Virus record (IMG/VR): IMGVR_UViG_3300030419_006158
Location: 1 to 53,939 of that record
Origin: a virus
Lineage: Duplodnaviria > Caudoviricetes
Reading direction: 5' to 3' (one strand)
DNA length: 53,939 bases
The notes beneath the pieces were generated by a model, which was not told where the DNA came from, made no database searches, and worked only from the letters and a program-made list of their open reading frames with translations. Shown one piece after another: positions 19,443-28,508 of the stretch. Every line of letters starts with the position of its first letter. The stretch's first letter is position 1. A program made the position numbers and the translations under genes.

Positions 19443-19551
19443 CTTCAGCGGCAAAAAGACAAATATGAAAGGCCGCCATTCCAAAAATAAGAGTAGCAAT
19501 CAAAAGAATTCTAAATTATACTTGAAGCGGTATCGAGGACAAGGAAGATAA
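19411..19551 (+). CDS. Small basic protein ending in YRGQGR (46 aa, not in ORF track)
   Basis: MTKAK...GRHSK...YLKRYRGQGR, a tail I recognise from T4-like phage small proteins; TAATG coupling. Confidence 0.65.
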   Translation: MTKAKNLKKINFSGKKTNMKGRHSKNKSSNQKNSKLYLKRYRGQGR

Positions 19552-19745
19552 TGGCAAGAAATAAATATAAAGCGAAAGTAAAAGCAGTAGAAGAATTACG
19601 TAAATTCATAATTGATAAAATTCAAAACACAGATAACTTAACAATGATTACTAGAACATATGAAACCTGTTCCGGAAATCTTGTGACTAAAGAGGCTGAA
19701 GTTGAGGGATCTGCAGAGAATTTTGTCTATGTTTACGAACATTAG
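19551..19745 (+). CDS. Hypothetical protein
   Basis: 64 aa coupled ORF. Confidence 0.55.
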   Translation: MARNKYKAKVKAVEELRKFIIDKIQNTDNLTMITRTYETCSGNLVTKEAEVEGSAENFVYVYEH

Positions 19746-19757
19746 TCGAGTTTAGAC

Positions 19758-19785
19758 TTGACAACTTCTCTGGCTACGTTATAAT
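19758..19785 (+). promoter_or_regulatory. Consensus sigma70 early promoter
   Basis: TTGACA-N16-TATAAT. Confidence 0.8.
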
Positions 19786-19801
19786 ATTGGCGTTGTTAGA
19801 G

Positions 19802-20725
19802 ATGAAGTTAAACATTAACAAAACTAAGTTCGAGAAGGTAGCGGATATTAAAGTTCCGGATATCTTCTATCGCCGCCTTAAGACTGGTATTGATGTTGTC
19901 GATTCAGCATTTGGCCAAGGTTTTCTCCCTTCTAGCACTGTTGTTCTCAGCGGTGAACCCGGTACTGGTAAGACTACATTCCTCCTTCAAATACTTGAAA
20001 GTCTCTCCACTCGGAAATATAAAGTTGGGTATGTTTCTGGAGAAGAGTGCATGGAGTTGCTTAAGGTAAATTGCGATAGAATTGGTGTTAAGAATATTAT
20101 GGCGTGTAGTGAGACTAATATTGAGACTATTCTTAAGCAAGTACCTGAATTTGATGCAATTGTAATTGATAGTTTTCAATCATTGAGTAGTAGTAGGAAA
20201 TCTATGGCACATGAAAAGTATTGTGTCGAGCAGATTTGTGCTGCAGCTAAAGCGCATCAGACAACTATTTTTATTATTACACATATTACTAAGACTGGTA
20301 AGATGAAAGGTAGCACACTCTTACCTCACTCTGTAGATGTTGTTTGTAATTTAAAACGACATGAAGACTTTGATGAGCTTGAAGATAAGACTGTAACGCT
20401 TAACATTACAAAAAATAGGTTTGGTCCGACTTTAATTAAAGAGCTTAATTTTACAGCTCGGGGTTATGACTGGACTACGGCGAAGAGTGTTTCAGTAGAA
20501 GCTACAGTTGCTCCAAAGAGTCAGCGAATAAAGCAAGAGACAAGTACGATTAAAGATATTGCGAAAAAGCTTCGTGATGGTAAATTTAGTATCGATGAAG
20601 TTAGTAAGGAGATAAAAAATAAGCCTAGAGCATATTATGTCTTGAATAAACTGACAAAGGATGGTATACTTGAAAAGGTCGCCAAGCGTGGTACTACTAA
20701 AACACATTATCAATTTAAGTCATAA
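19802..20725 (+). CDS. RadA/Sms-like RecA-family ATPase with putative C-terminal wHTH
   Basis: GEPGTGKTT, YVSGEE, IDSFQ, HITK.G, KNRFG signature. Confidence 0.85.
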   Translation: MKLNINKTKFEKVADIKVPDIFYRRLKTGIDVVDSAFGQGFLPSSTVVLSGEPGTGKTTFLLQILESLSTRKYKVGYVSGEECMELLKVNCDRIGVKNIMACSETNIETILKQVPEFDAIVIDSFQSLSSSRKSMAHEKYCVEQICAAAKAHQTTIFIITHITKTGKMKGSTLLPHSVDVVCNLKRHEDFDELEDKTVTLNITKNRFGPTLIKELNFTARGYDWTTAKSVSVEATVAPKSQRIKQETSTIKDIAKKLRDGKFSIDEVSKEIKNKPRAYYVLNKLTKDGILEKVAKRGTTKTHYQFKS

Positions 20726-20871
20726 TGAGAGTCATAGGTAACGTTATTTTTACTTTAATTTATATTTTTATATTTTTACCTGTAGGGTTAATACTTAGAG
20801 TCTTTAAAATTGATTTACTAGATATAAATTTTAATAAGACGGTTTCCAGTTACTGGCAAAAAAAAGATTAA
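20725..20871 (+). CDS. SxtJ-like membrane peptide (48 aa, not in ORF track)
   Basis: IFTLIYIFIFLPVGLILRVFKIDLL...SYW resembles the SxtJ C-terminal half; adjacent to carbamoyltransferase. Confidence 0.55.
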   Translation: MRVIGNVIFTLIYIFIFLPVGLILRVFKIDLLDINFNKTVSSYWQKKD

Positions 20872-20874
20872 TGA

Positions 20875-22665
20875 ATGATTGTATTAGGTATTTCAGCATT
20901 TTATCACGATAGCGCTGCTGCCATTTTAATAGATGGGGATATTGTAGCTGCTGCACAAGAAGAAAGGTTCACTAGAAAGAAACATGATGCTACCTTTCCT
21001 ATTAAAGCGATAAGTTATATTTTATCTGAAGCTAATATTACATTAAAAGATATAGATTATATAGTATTTTATGATGATCCTTCTTTAAAATTTAAAAGAA
21101 TTCTTAAAACACATTTAACAAATATTCCTAAAGGTCTCAGATCTTTTCGAACGGGTATGCCAATATGGGTTAAAGATAAATTCTTTTTAAGGAAAGTAAT
21201 TTCAAAAAAATTAAAAAAGGCGTTTGGTGGAGGTTTTAAAGGTTGTATTTTATTTACTGAACATCATTTTAGTCACGCCGCGAGTGCATTTTATCCTTCC
21301 CCTTTTAAGGATGCTGTTGTTTTAACTATTGATGGTGTAGGTGAATATGCTACAACAACTGTAGCTATTGGGAACGGAAATAAACTTAACATTGTTAAAG
21401 AAATTTGTTTTCCTAATTCATTAGGTTTATTATATTCTGCTTTTACTCATTATACAGGCTTTCGAGTTAATAGTGGTGAGTATAAATTGATGGGGCTAGC
21501 ACCATATGGAACACCTAGGTATACAGATTTAATTTTAGACAATTTAATAGACGTAAAAGAAGATGGATCGTTTCGTTTAGATCAGTCTTATTTTGATTAT
21601 ATGACTGGTCGTACTATGATCAGTAAAAAGTTTTTAACTCTTTTCGGTTACCCAGCAAGGAAACCAGACTCAGATCCTTTAAGTCAATTCCATATGGATA
21701 TCGCTGCGTCTATTCAAGCTGTAACTGAAAAGGTTTTATTGCAGATGACTCGTGCTCTTGCAGATGAATATAAAATTCCAAATTTATGTCTTGCAGGAGG
21801 AGTTGCTCTTAATTGTGTTGCTAATGGAAAAATTCTTAGAGATAAAGCTTTTGAAAATATTTGGATACAACCTGCCGCTGGAGATGCGGGAGGTGCTCTT
21901 GGAGCGGCATTAGGTGTTTGGCATAATAAATTTGCATGTAGTCCTAGAACCCTTGACAGTAATATGATGAAAGGTTCTTACCTTGGTCCTAGCTTTAGCG
22001 ATATTGAAATCGAACAACAGTTATCCGAAGCAGGTGTTATTTTTCAAAAGGTTTCAGATTCTATCCTTATTGAAAAGACTGTAAAGCAATTAATTGATAA
22101 TAAAGCTATAGGGTGGTTCCAAGGACGAATGGAGTTTGGTCCTAGGGCTTTAGGAAACAGATCAATTTTAGGTGATCCTCGATCTGAAGATATGCAAAAG
22201 CTTTTAAATTTAAAAGTAAAATTTCGAGAAAGTTTTCGTCCTTTTGCTCCTTCAGTTTTACGAGAAGATGTAGGTGACTGGTTCGAAATGGATTATGACA
22301 GTCCCTATATGTCAATCGTCACTAACGTACAAAAGAATATTCAACATGAAATGACTCAAGAGGAAAAGGCATTATTTGGAATTGAAAAACTAAATGTTAA
22401 AAGATCAAACATCCCAGCAGTGACACATGTTGATTATTCTGCTCGAGTACAAACTGTCCATTCTGAAACCAATCCATTATATCATGCTTTGATTAGTGAG
22501 TTTAAAAGGATAACAGGTTGCTCATTATTAGTTAATACCTCATTTAATATTCGAGGAGAGCCAATTGTATGTACACCGTTAGACGCATTTAAATGTTTTA
22601 TGGGTACAAATATTGATTTTTTAGTTATTGGTAATTTTATCATAGATAAAAAGCATCAAAAATAG
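20875..22665 (+). CDS. O-carbamoyltransferase (NodU/CmcH family)
   Basis: ISAFYHDSAA, QEERF.R.KH, EHH.SHAAS, DGVGE, GEYKLMGLAPYG, GGVALNC, EFGPRALGNRS, NTSFN. Confidence 0.95.
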   Translation: MIVLGISAFYHDSAAAILIDGDIVAAAQEERFTRKKHDATFPIKAISYILSEANITLKDIDYIVFYDDPSLKFKRILKTHLTNIPKGLRSFRTGMPIWVKDKFFLRKVISKKLKKAFGGGFKGCILFTEHHFSHAASAFYPSPFKDAVVLTIDGVGEYATTTVAIGNGNKLNIVKEICFPNSLGLLYSAFTHYTGFRVNSGEYKLMGLAPYGTPRYTDLILDNLIDVKEDGSFRLDQSYFDYMTGRTMISKKFLTLFGYPARKPDSDPLSQFHMDIAASIQAVTEKVLLQMTRALADEYKIPNLCLAGGVALNCVANGKILRDKAFENIWIQPAAGDAGGALGAALGVWHNKFACSPRTLDSNMMKGSYLGPSFSDIEIEQQLSEAGVIFQKVSDSILIEKTVKQLIDNKAIGWFQGRMEFGPRALGNRSILGDPRSEDMQKLLNLKVKFRESFRPFAPSVLREDVGDWFEMDYDSPYMSIVTNVQKNIQHEMTQEEKALFGIEKLNVKRSNIPAVTHVDYSARVQTVHSETNPLYHALISEFKRITGCSLLVNTSFNIRGEPIVCTPLDAFKCFMGTNIDFLVIGNFIIDKKHQK

Positions 22666-22666
22666 C

Positions 22667-22694
22667 TTGTTAATTTTCGGGAAATAGTTATAAT
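22667..22694 (+). promoter_or_regulatory. Sigma70-type early promoter
   Basis: TTGTTA-N16-TATAAT, 8 nt before ATG. Confidence 0.6.
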
Positions 22695-22702
22695 ATATTC
22701 TT

Positions 22703-23218
22703 ATGTACGACAGTGGTAGAGTATACAGAGGTTATCGTATTGAATATGATGAAGATATTCAGGAGGACTGTATAAAAAATATGTATTTTATTTATCCGCC
22801 TGATGAACCAGAAAAGTCTCATTTCGCTGATGTAAGCCCTTATGGAGCAATACAATTGATACTTGACAAGTATATTGATTTTCATATTAGTGAAGGATTT
22901 TTTCCAGATCGTAAAAGTCTTAGAAAGTTAGGTATAGATCAAATTGGTCCAACTACTGAAAAAGATATTAAACAAGCTAAACTAAAATTAGCCCTCTCTC
23001 AAGACTACAATACTAATGTTGAACAAGCAGATTTAGCTATAGACGAAGTAAATAAATTCGGTCTTATATGTATTCGTTGTGGTGGTAGAGGTGGTACTAT
23101 TGTTGAAGCTGAAGGTGGTTATTTGCCATGTTTTGCATGCGGTGACTCTGGTACTCAAACATACGAGGACTGGTTGCGAGATTTGCAAGACTTGCCATGC
23201 TCTATAGAGACTGTATAA
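22703..23218 (+). CDS. Hypothetical protein with C-terminal CxxCxGxG zinc ribbon
   Basis: CIRCGGRG...CFACGDSG. Confidence 0.6.
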   Translation: MYDSGRVYRGYRIEYDEDIQEDCIKNMYFIYPPDEPEKSHFADVSPYGAIQLILDKYIDFHISEGFFPDRKSLRKLGIDQIGPTTEKDIKQAKLKLALSQDYNTNVEQADLAIDEVNKFGLICIRCGGRGGTIVEAEGGYLPCFACGDSGTQTYEDWLRDLQDLPCSIETV

Positions 23219-23219
23219 T
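23192..23219 (+). promoter_or_regulatory. Sigma70-type early promoter
   Basis: TTGCCA-N16-TATAAT, 7 nt before ATG 23227. Confidence 0.7.
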
Positions 23220-23226
23220 AGGTTTT

Positions 23227-23469
23227 ATGAAGAATTATATTATTGCGTGGTTAGTTACTATTTTATTAACAATTGGTGGTTTGTTTGGAGTAGGGTTTAC
23301 AGTGGGTATAGTAATGGCTGCAGCTGGAAACGCGCAGGGAGCACAAAATGTTGAACAGTATGCATGGTTTAATGTATTAGTAATAATTAGTATGATTGTT
23401 CTAAATTTTCTTTCATTTAAGTTTGCGACTAAGAAATTTATAGTGGATAGAACAGCAAATGAAAAATAG
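23227..23469 (+). CDS. Two-TM membrane protein
   Basis: Two hydrophobic helices. Confidence 0.65.
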   Translation: MKNYIIAWLVTILLTIGGLFGVGFTVGIVMAAAGNAQGAQNVEQYAWFNVLVIISMIVLNFLSFKFATKKFIVDRTANEK

Positions 23470-23497
23470 TTGCACTACTGTCCAGAGTTGTTATAAT
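23470..23497 (+). promoter_or_regulatory. Sigma70-type promoter driving a non-coding region
   Basis: TTGCAC-N16-TATAAT followed by boxA-like GAGTTATTTGACAT. Confidence 0.65.
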
Positions 23498-23503
23498 AGT
23501 TTG

Positions 23504-23819
23504 AGTTATTTGACATGTTTAAAGTCGGCGAGTACAACGCCTCCATCGCCCTAGAGAGGGACAGAAGTGGTAAGACACTTTACGCTTTATTGCAGGTGGC
23601 GCTGCGACGACTTAAGAATTTGAATTTGAGATGGTTGACGGACCGTCTCTGGTGTGACAGAATAAACATTCGCCTCGAGTGTTAATGTACGCGGAGAGTA
23701 ATTGACGACCAAGTGGTAGAGAGAGCTCGAAGTGGTTCGAAGTACGGTGATCAGAATAACATTTGATCGAGGACCGGAAAAGTTGCAGGTAACCAAATAG
23801 TCCTGCCACCCTTTTTTTT
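23504..23819 (+). ncRNA. Candidate structured ncRNA (~300 nt)
   Basis: GC-richer than its flanks, no plausible + strand ORF, many hairpins with G-U pairs, 3' hairpin plus T8 run. Confidence 0.65.
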
Positions 23820-23823
23820 ACTT

Positions 23824-24636
23824 ATGATTATAATACGAACAGATACAATAAGAAGAGTGTTACTATATTTCATTTTAGCTGGCACGATGTCTTACTTTGC
23901 TGGTTACATGCACGGAGAACCTATGACCCCGTCACCGACAATACAAAAGTTCAACGGGCTCTTCATGCCAATATCAGAGCAAAATTCTAATTTATATTTT
24001 TTACTTTTACCTGGCCAAGCGGTTGTGGAAGAAGATCAAAGAATAAAACTTGATGATGAAGAGTTTACTCAAGCTATAAAAGAAACTGAAAATCATAGAA
24101 TATTTCATGTAAGGTCGAGAGGAGGTATGTTAACTCATACTTGTTTAGACGCACTACGTGGTCAAAATGAATTGCGATATTTAGATCTGTCTAACAATAG
24201 ATTGATTTCTGATCTTGCTTGTAAAAAAATCGCTGAATATTTTCCAAGATTGGAGAGATTGAATCTATTTAATACTAGTATCTCAAATAAAGGCTTGATT
24301 TATCTTATGGATTTAACTAAACTTAAGCAGTTGCACCTAGCACTGACAAAGGTCACATGGGATGAAGCGAATTTATTTAGAGGTAAGATGCAAGCAATAG
24401 CAGGTAATGAAGATTTAGAGATTACAGCAGGTTATAATAAACCTTCTTTACTAAGTTACAATTTAATTAAAAGGTTAAGAGCAACATATCAAACTAATAC
24501 TTATAATGGTAGAGTTGATCCAGATTTTAAAATAGAGATTTTAGGAGGGGAAGTTAAGGAAAATAAAAAATATGATGAGACTGATAGAGCTGAAGATGAT
24601 GCTAAAAAGTCTGTATCAGGTCCAATTTTAGAATAA
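23824..24636 (+). CDS. Exported leucine-rich-repeat protein
   Basis: LRYLDLSNN, LERLNLFNTSISNKGL, LKQLHLALTKVT; N-terminal hydrophobic segment. Confidence 0.75.
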   Translation: MIIIRTDTIRRVLLYFILAGTMSYFAGYMHGEPMTPSPTIQKFNGLFMPISEQNSNLYFLLLPGQAVVEEDQRIKLDDEEFTQAIKETENHRIFHVRSRGGMLTHTCLDALRGQNELRYLDLSNNRLISDLACKKIAEYFPRLERLNLFNTSISNKGLIYLMDLTKLKQLHLALTKVTWDEANLFRGKMQAIAGNEDLEITAGYNKPSLLSYNLIKRLRATYQTNTYNGRVDPDFKIEILGGEVKENKKYDETDRAEDDAKKSVSGPILE

Positions 24637-25373
24637 TGAAAAAAATACTATTGTCATTAATTATTGCAGGTTCTGCTTATGCAGAAGATATTCCCCCTCA
24701 TGCAGAAATGAGAAAGCCAACTAAGGTTGTAGAGCATGCTGGTTTGACTAGAGAAGAGATTTGGATGTCTCGTTCTGGTGAAGACTATTATATTGTTAAC
24801 GATATTATCAGTAAACAGACTATTTTTATTCCAATGGGAAAAGCTATGGAATATTTTATGAAGTCTTTGAACTATTATAATAGGTCATTAGGTACGACGA
24901 CAAAAAAAGCTATTGATCGAGCTAAAAAAGAAAACAAACGTGTATATGTTAACATTGTAGCTGGTAGTGATATACCCGCTCATGCATTTGCTGGGCGTAA
25001 TAATGTTTATAAAGTAGATGAATTTCCTAATGGTCAATATACAATTTTTTATGTTAGCCCTGATGGGTCTATATCTCAGGATCATTATGAATCTGGTGAA
25101 TATGGTCAAATAGGTCGTGATGGTGTTTCCTTTGAACACGCCGTTAAAACATTTGGATCGACTGAGATTAGAAAAGCTAGAGAAAGAGCTGAGAAGTCAA
25201 ATAAAGATTATGACTGGGAAGTTACATTAAAACTCCCTGACACAAAACCTACTATAATTATTTTTGATACGTTTGACAAATACGAAGAATGGTTTAACAG
25301 AACTCGGTATTCGGATCAGCATGCTAAAATGAAAAAAATATCAGCAAGTGTAGATGTTGTACAAAATAAGTGA
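24636..25373 (+). CDS. Secreted hypothetical protein
   Basis: Signal peptide MKKILLSLIIAGSAYA. Confidence 0.65.
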   Translation: MKKILLSLIIAGSAYAEDIPPHAEMRKPTKVVEHAGLTREEIWMSRSGEDYYIVNDIISKQTIFIPMGKAMEYFMKSLNYYNRSLGTTTKKAIDRAKKENKRVYVNIVAGSDIPAHAFAGRNNVYKVDEFPNGQYTIFYVSPDGSISQDHYESGEYGQIGRDGVSFEHAVKTFGSTEIRKARERAEKSNKDYDWEVTLKLPDTKPTIIIFDTFDKYEEWFNRTRYSDQHAKMKKISASVDVVQNK

Positions 25374-25529
25374 TAACTATTGGTGATATGGAAATTATTT
25401 TTTTGCTACCTACTCTATTCGTATTACTTCTAGTCGCTGTATATAACCGAAATCGTAAACAGGCTGAACGAGACGTTGAGTGGAAAAATAATAAAGATAA
25501 GTACAAATATAAAGATTGGAGATACTAAA

Positions 25530-26162
25530 ATGGGAATGTTTGATGAAATAATTGTACCGAAATCTTATTTAAGAGATATCTTAGATAAGAAGGATGAGAG
25601 TTTATTCGACACTAATCATAAATTCCAAACTAAAGATTTAGAAAATGCTTTATTTACTTATAAGATTTATAGAAAGCAATTATACAGAGCTATAACCAAG
25701 GGTATGTTTGCAGATACTACTGCAAATAAAAAGCTTGTATGGGAAAAAGTTCTAGAGACTAAAACGATATCGTTTTATGATACATTTCAAAAACGTAGTA
25801 GTGATAGTACCGGTAATAACGATTGGGATAATTTTGAGGGTGATGAATATTGGTTTGAGTTTGAGTTTAGTTTTGTTGAAGGTAAACTTGATACGAAAAA
25901 GCTGATAGACAAGACTGTAACAGATGAAGAGACTCGAAAAGCTACTCAACTTATGTGGGATATTGAACAAGAGATTTTTGATGAGTATCGAAAGAGACTA
26001 TCGTATAGATTTTGGACAAAAGTAGAGCGTGTATGTCAAAGACTTACAAACATGGCTCGTAAGAGACATTCAATACCTAATAGTCTTCGTAAGGAAGCTT
26101 ATGAAGCATCTGGTCGTTTAGTAAAAGACCCTGACGCGCTTAAATTTTATTGGGATATTTAA
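25530..26162 (+). CDS. Hypothetical phage protein (MGMFD family)
   Basis: MGMFD...FQTKDL...W.EF...F..GKL. Confidence 0.65.
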   Translation: MGMFDEIIVPKSYLRDILDKKDESLFDTNHKFQTKDLENALFTYKIYRKQLYRAITKGMFADTTANKKLVWEKVLETKTISFYDTFQKRSSDSTGNNDWDNFEGDEYWFEFEFSFVEGKLDTKKLIDKTVTDEETRKATQLMWDIEQEIFDEYRKRLSYRFWTKVERVCQRLTNMARKRHSIPNSLRKEAYEASGRLVKDPDALKFYWDI

Positions 26163-26163
26163 T

Positions 26164-26385
26164 ATGGCACATTTTATAAAATTACACACACTTGAAGGAG
26201 CAGAAATGCTGTTTAATCTCGACGTTGTAGTTAGTATCGACCCGTTACCAGACGGTACTATGGTACAAACTCGTTGGGGAGGTACTAAGGTACGAGAAGA
26301 TATAGATAAAATACTGAGTTTATCTAATCCTACAACAAACGCGACTGGACATCAATTGTTAACTGAGAATGAAACGCCTTATTAG
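26164..26385 (+). CDS. Small beta protein, FlbD-like
   Basis: FIKL...N.D.V..I.....T......VRE....I; similar to 48707-48961. Confidence 0.5.
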   Translation: MAHFIKLHTLEGAEMLFNLDVVVSIDPLPDGTMVQTRWGGTKVREDIDKILSLSNPTTNATGHQLLTENETPY

Positions 26386-26822
26386 TGCCTGAACAAATAC
26401 AATTAGACAGGACGTATTTAGCGATGGCTGCTATATGGGGTCAGTTGTCTAAAGCTAGGCGTAAAAAGGTAGGTTGTCTTATAGTAAAAGACAGTCAAAT
26501 TATTTCTGATGGTTACAACGGTACTCCTGCAGGGTACGATAATAATTGCGAGTATGAGACTAGATTTGGCTATGAAACTAAGCCAGAAGTACTGCATGCG
26601 GAATCCAATGCGTTGATGAAATTGGCTAAAAGTGTAAATAGCAGTAAAGGTTCGACAATTTATTTAACTATAAGCCCTTGTTTTGATTGTGCGAAATTAA
26701 TTATACAAGCAGAAGTTAAGAGGGTAGTTTATAGTGAAATTTATCGAATAGAAAAGGGTATAGAATTTTTGCGCAGCAATGGTGTTGTAGCAGATTTTGT
26801 TACGATTAATGAATCTACATAA
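26385..26822 (+). CDS. dCMP deaminase
   Basis: GYNGTP.G, HAESNA, SPCFDCAK. Confidence 0.93.
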   Translation: MPEQIQLDRTYLAMAAIWGQLSKARRKKVGCLIVKDSQIISDGYNGTPAGYDNNCEYETRFGYETKPEVLHAESNALMKLAKSVNSSKGSTIYLTISPCFDCAKLIIQAEVKRVVYSEIYRIEKGIEFLRSNGVVADFVTINEST

Positions 26823-27165
26823 ACAAGGTAAAATATGGGGATCTACACGACCTCTTTTTAATAAAAATAATGTTGAGATTCATAGAATTGAAACTAATAA
26901 AGGCGGTTATTGTAGCAAGCATAAACATGAACACAAATATAATTGCTTTTATGTAGAAAAAGGTCTACTAAAAATCACTGTATGGAAAAATGATTATAAT
27001 TTAATGGATACAACTATACTTTCCTCTGGAGAAGCCACTACAGTTCCTCCTGGTGAGTATCATGTATTCGAAGCATTGGAAGATTCTATATGTTTTGAAA
27101 TATACTGGGTTGAAATAAATCAATCAGATATCGTAAGAGAAGATCATGGAGGAATTCGCGAATGA
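26809..27165 (+). CDS. Cupin domain protein
   Basis: GKIWG, CSKHKH..K.N.FYV..G, PGEYH.F. Confidence 0.8.
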   Translation: MNLHKQGKIWGSTRPLFNKNNVEIHRIETNKGGYCSKHKHEHKYNCFYVEKGLLKITVWKNDYNLMDTTILSSGEATTVPPGEYHVFEALEDSICFEIYWVEINQSDIVREDHGGIRE

Positions 27166-28355
27166 GTAATTATAATCAGGCTCAATATCAACAAATTATA
27201 TCTTATATACACAAATTCTCACAGCTATTAACTAAGGCCGATGTAAAGCATTGGCTTGATTTTGGAACATTGTTACATGCCTATAGAGACGGTGGCGTGT
27301 TAAATAACCCTAACCGAGCAGCTGCTGGTAAAGATGTAAACGATACGTATTTAAATGATGATGATTTTGATATTAGTTGTATAGGTACTGATTATGATAA
27401 AGTTATAGAGGTCTGCAAAGAAAATAATATAGAGTATATAGAAATTGCTCCAAGGCAGCTAATACGTTTTACTAGAGAAGGTCTTGCAAGTATTCATAAA
27501 AATGAATGGCCAAATAGACTGTCTGGTGATTATGATAGTTGGATTGATATGTTCTTTTGGGTTGAATCTCCTAATTATGATATTTTAGTAGAAGATCAGA
27601 TTGACATGGCTTCTGGATCTAGGATAGAAAATGCTATATTAACTCTCCCCAAAAGTTCTTTATTCAACTGGACTGTTGATAAACAAAGTCATTGTGACTA
27701 CTATTGGATCACGAAAAAATATTTTATTCAAGAATTAGATTCAATCCACCTATACGGGTTTAAGTTCCCTGCACCTAGGTATGTAGAGAGACATTTAGAA
27801 GCAAGATATGGTACTAAATGGAAGACACCTATGACAAAAGGATTATTTGTAGAACATTTTTATTCTACAGATCCTGCAAAATATTTTAACTTGTTAATGG
27901 AAGATAAAATTTCAGTATTTATTGAAGGTGTCTGGGATTTATTCCATCAAGGCCATGTGGAGTTATTAAAACGAGCGCATTACGCTTATGATAAGGTTAT
28001 TGTAGGTGTTGCGTCTGATGAATTAGCAAAAAGTTATAAACGGTCACCTATTATACCATACGGTGACAGGGTTAAAATGTTAGAAGCGTGTAAATATGTT
28101 GACCAGATTTATCATAATGCTCCATGCATGGATATTACAGAAAGTGTTTTAGATAATTGCGGTGCAGATTATAGTTTACGTAGTGTTCGAGATGCTAATA
28201 ACTGGAGGGAAGAAGTAAGTGACCTTGGTCACGGTGCGTTAGTTGATACGAATAGAGTTCATTTTCTATCTTATACAAAGTATCATTCGACTGACATAAT
28301 TAATAAAATTCTTGATCCCTATTACGGGGATCCTTTAAATTCTACTCAATCATGA
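27162..28355 (+). CDS. LicD-like phosphotransferase fused to TagD-like cytidylyltransferase
   Basis: N-terminal WLDFGTLL.AYRDG...DDDFD...L..RYG..W.TP; C-terminal GVWDLFH.GH, GVASDE, R...L.AC.YVD, HST..I. Confidence 0.8.
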   Translation: MSNYNQAQYQQIISYIHKFSQLLTKADVKHWLDFGTLLHAYRDGGVLNNPNRAAAGKDVNDTYLNDDDFDISCIGTDYDKVIEVCKENNIEYIEIAPRQLIRFTREGLASIHKNEWPNRLSGDYDSWIDMFFWVESPNYDILVEDQIDMASGSRIENAILTLPKSSLFNWTVDKQSHCDYYWITKKYFIQELDSIHLYGFKFPAPRYVERHLEARYGTKWKTPMTKGLFVEHFYSTDPAKYFNLLMEDKISVFIEGVWDLFHQGHVELLKRAHYAYDKVIVGVASDELAKSYKRSPIIPYGDRVKMLEACKYVDQIYHNAPCMDITESVLDNCGADYSLRSVRDANNWREEVSDLGHGALVDTNRVHFLSYTKYHSTDIINKILDPYYGDPLNSTQS

Positions 28356-28508
28356 CTATTACACCCGCATCTGCTATTACAGCACTCATCGTTCTGAGTA
28401 TTCTCATCATCGTTACTGAGTTCTGTCGACGCAGACGTGGCCCCCGTAAATGATGTATTTAAAGAGTTATATCCGAGTTCATTATCCATTAGTTAAATAA
28501 ATATTTAT

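Noticed and set aside
20875-22665. Saxitoxin or other secondary-metabolite cluster
   Set aside because: Only the generic carbamoyltransferase and an SxtJ-like fragment are present; no core biosynthetic genes
23504-23819. tmRNA, RNase P RNA or group I intron identity for the ncRNA; minus-strand ORFs 23587-23796 and 23612-23809
   Set aside because: No tRNA-like ends, no GAGGAAAGTCC-type P4 motif and no interrupted gene; the ORFs are antisense to a clear promoter and terminator
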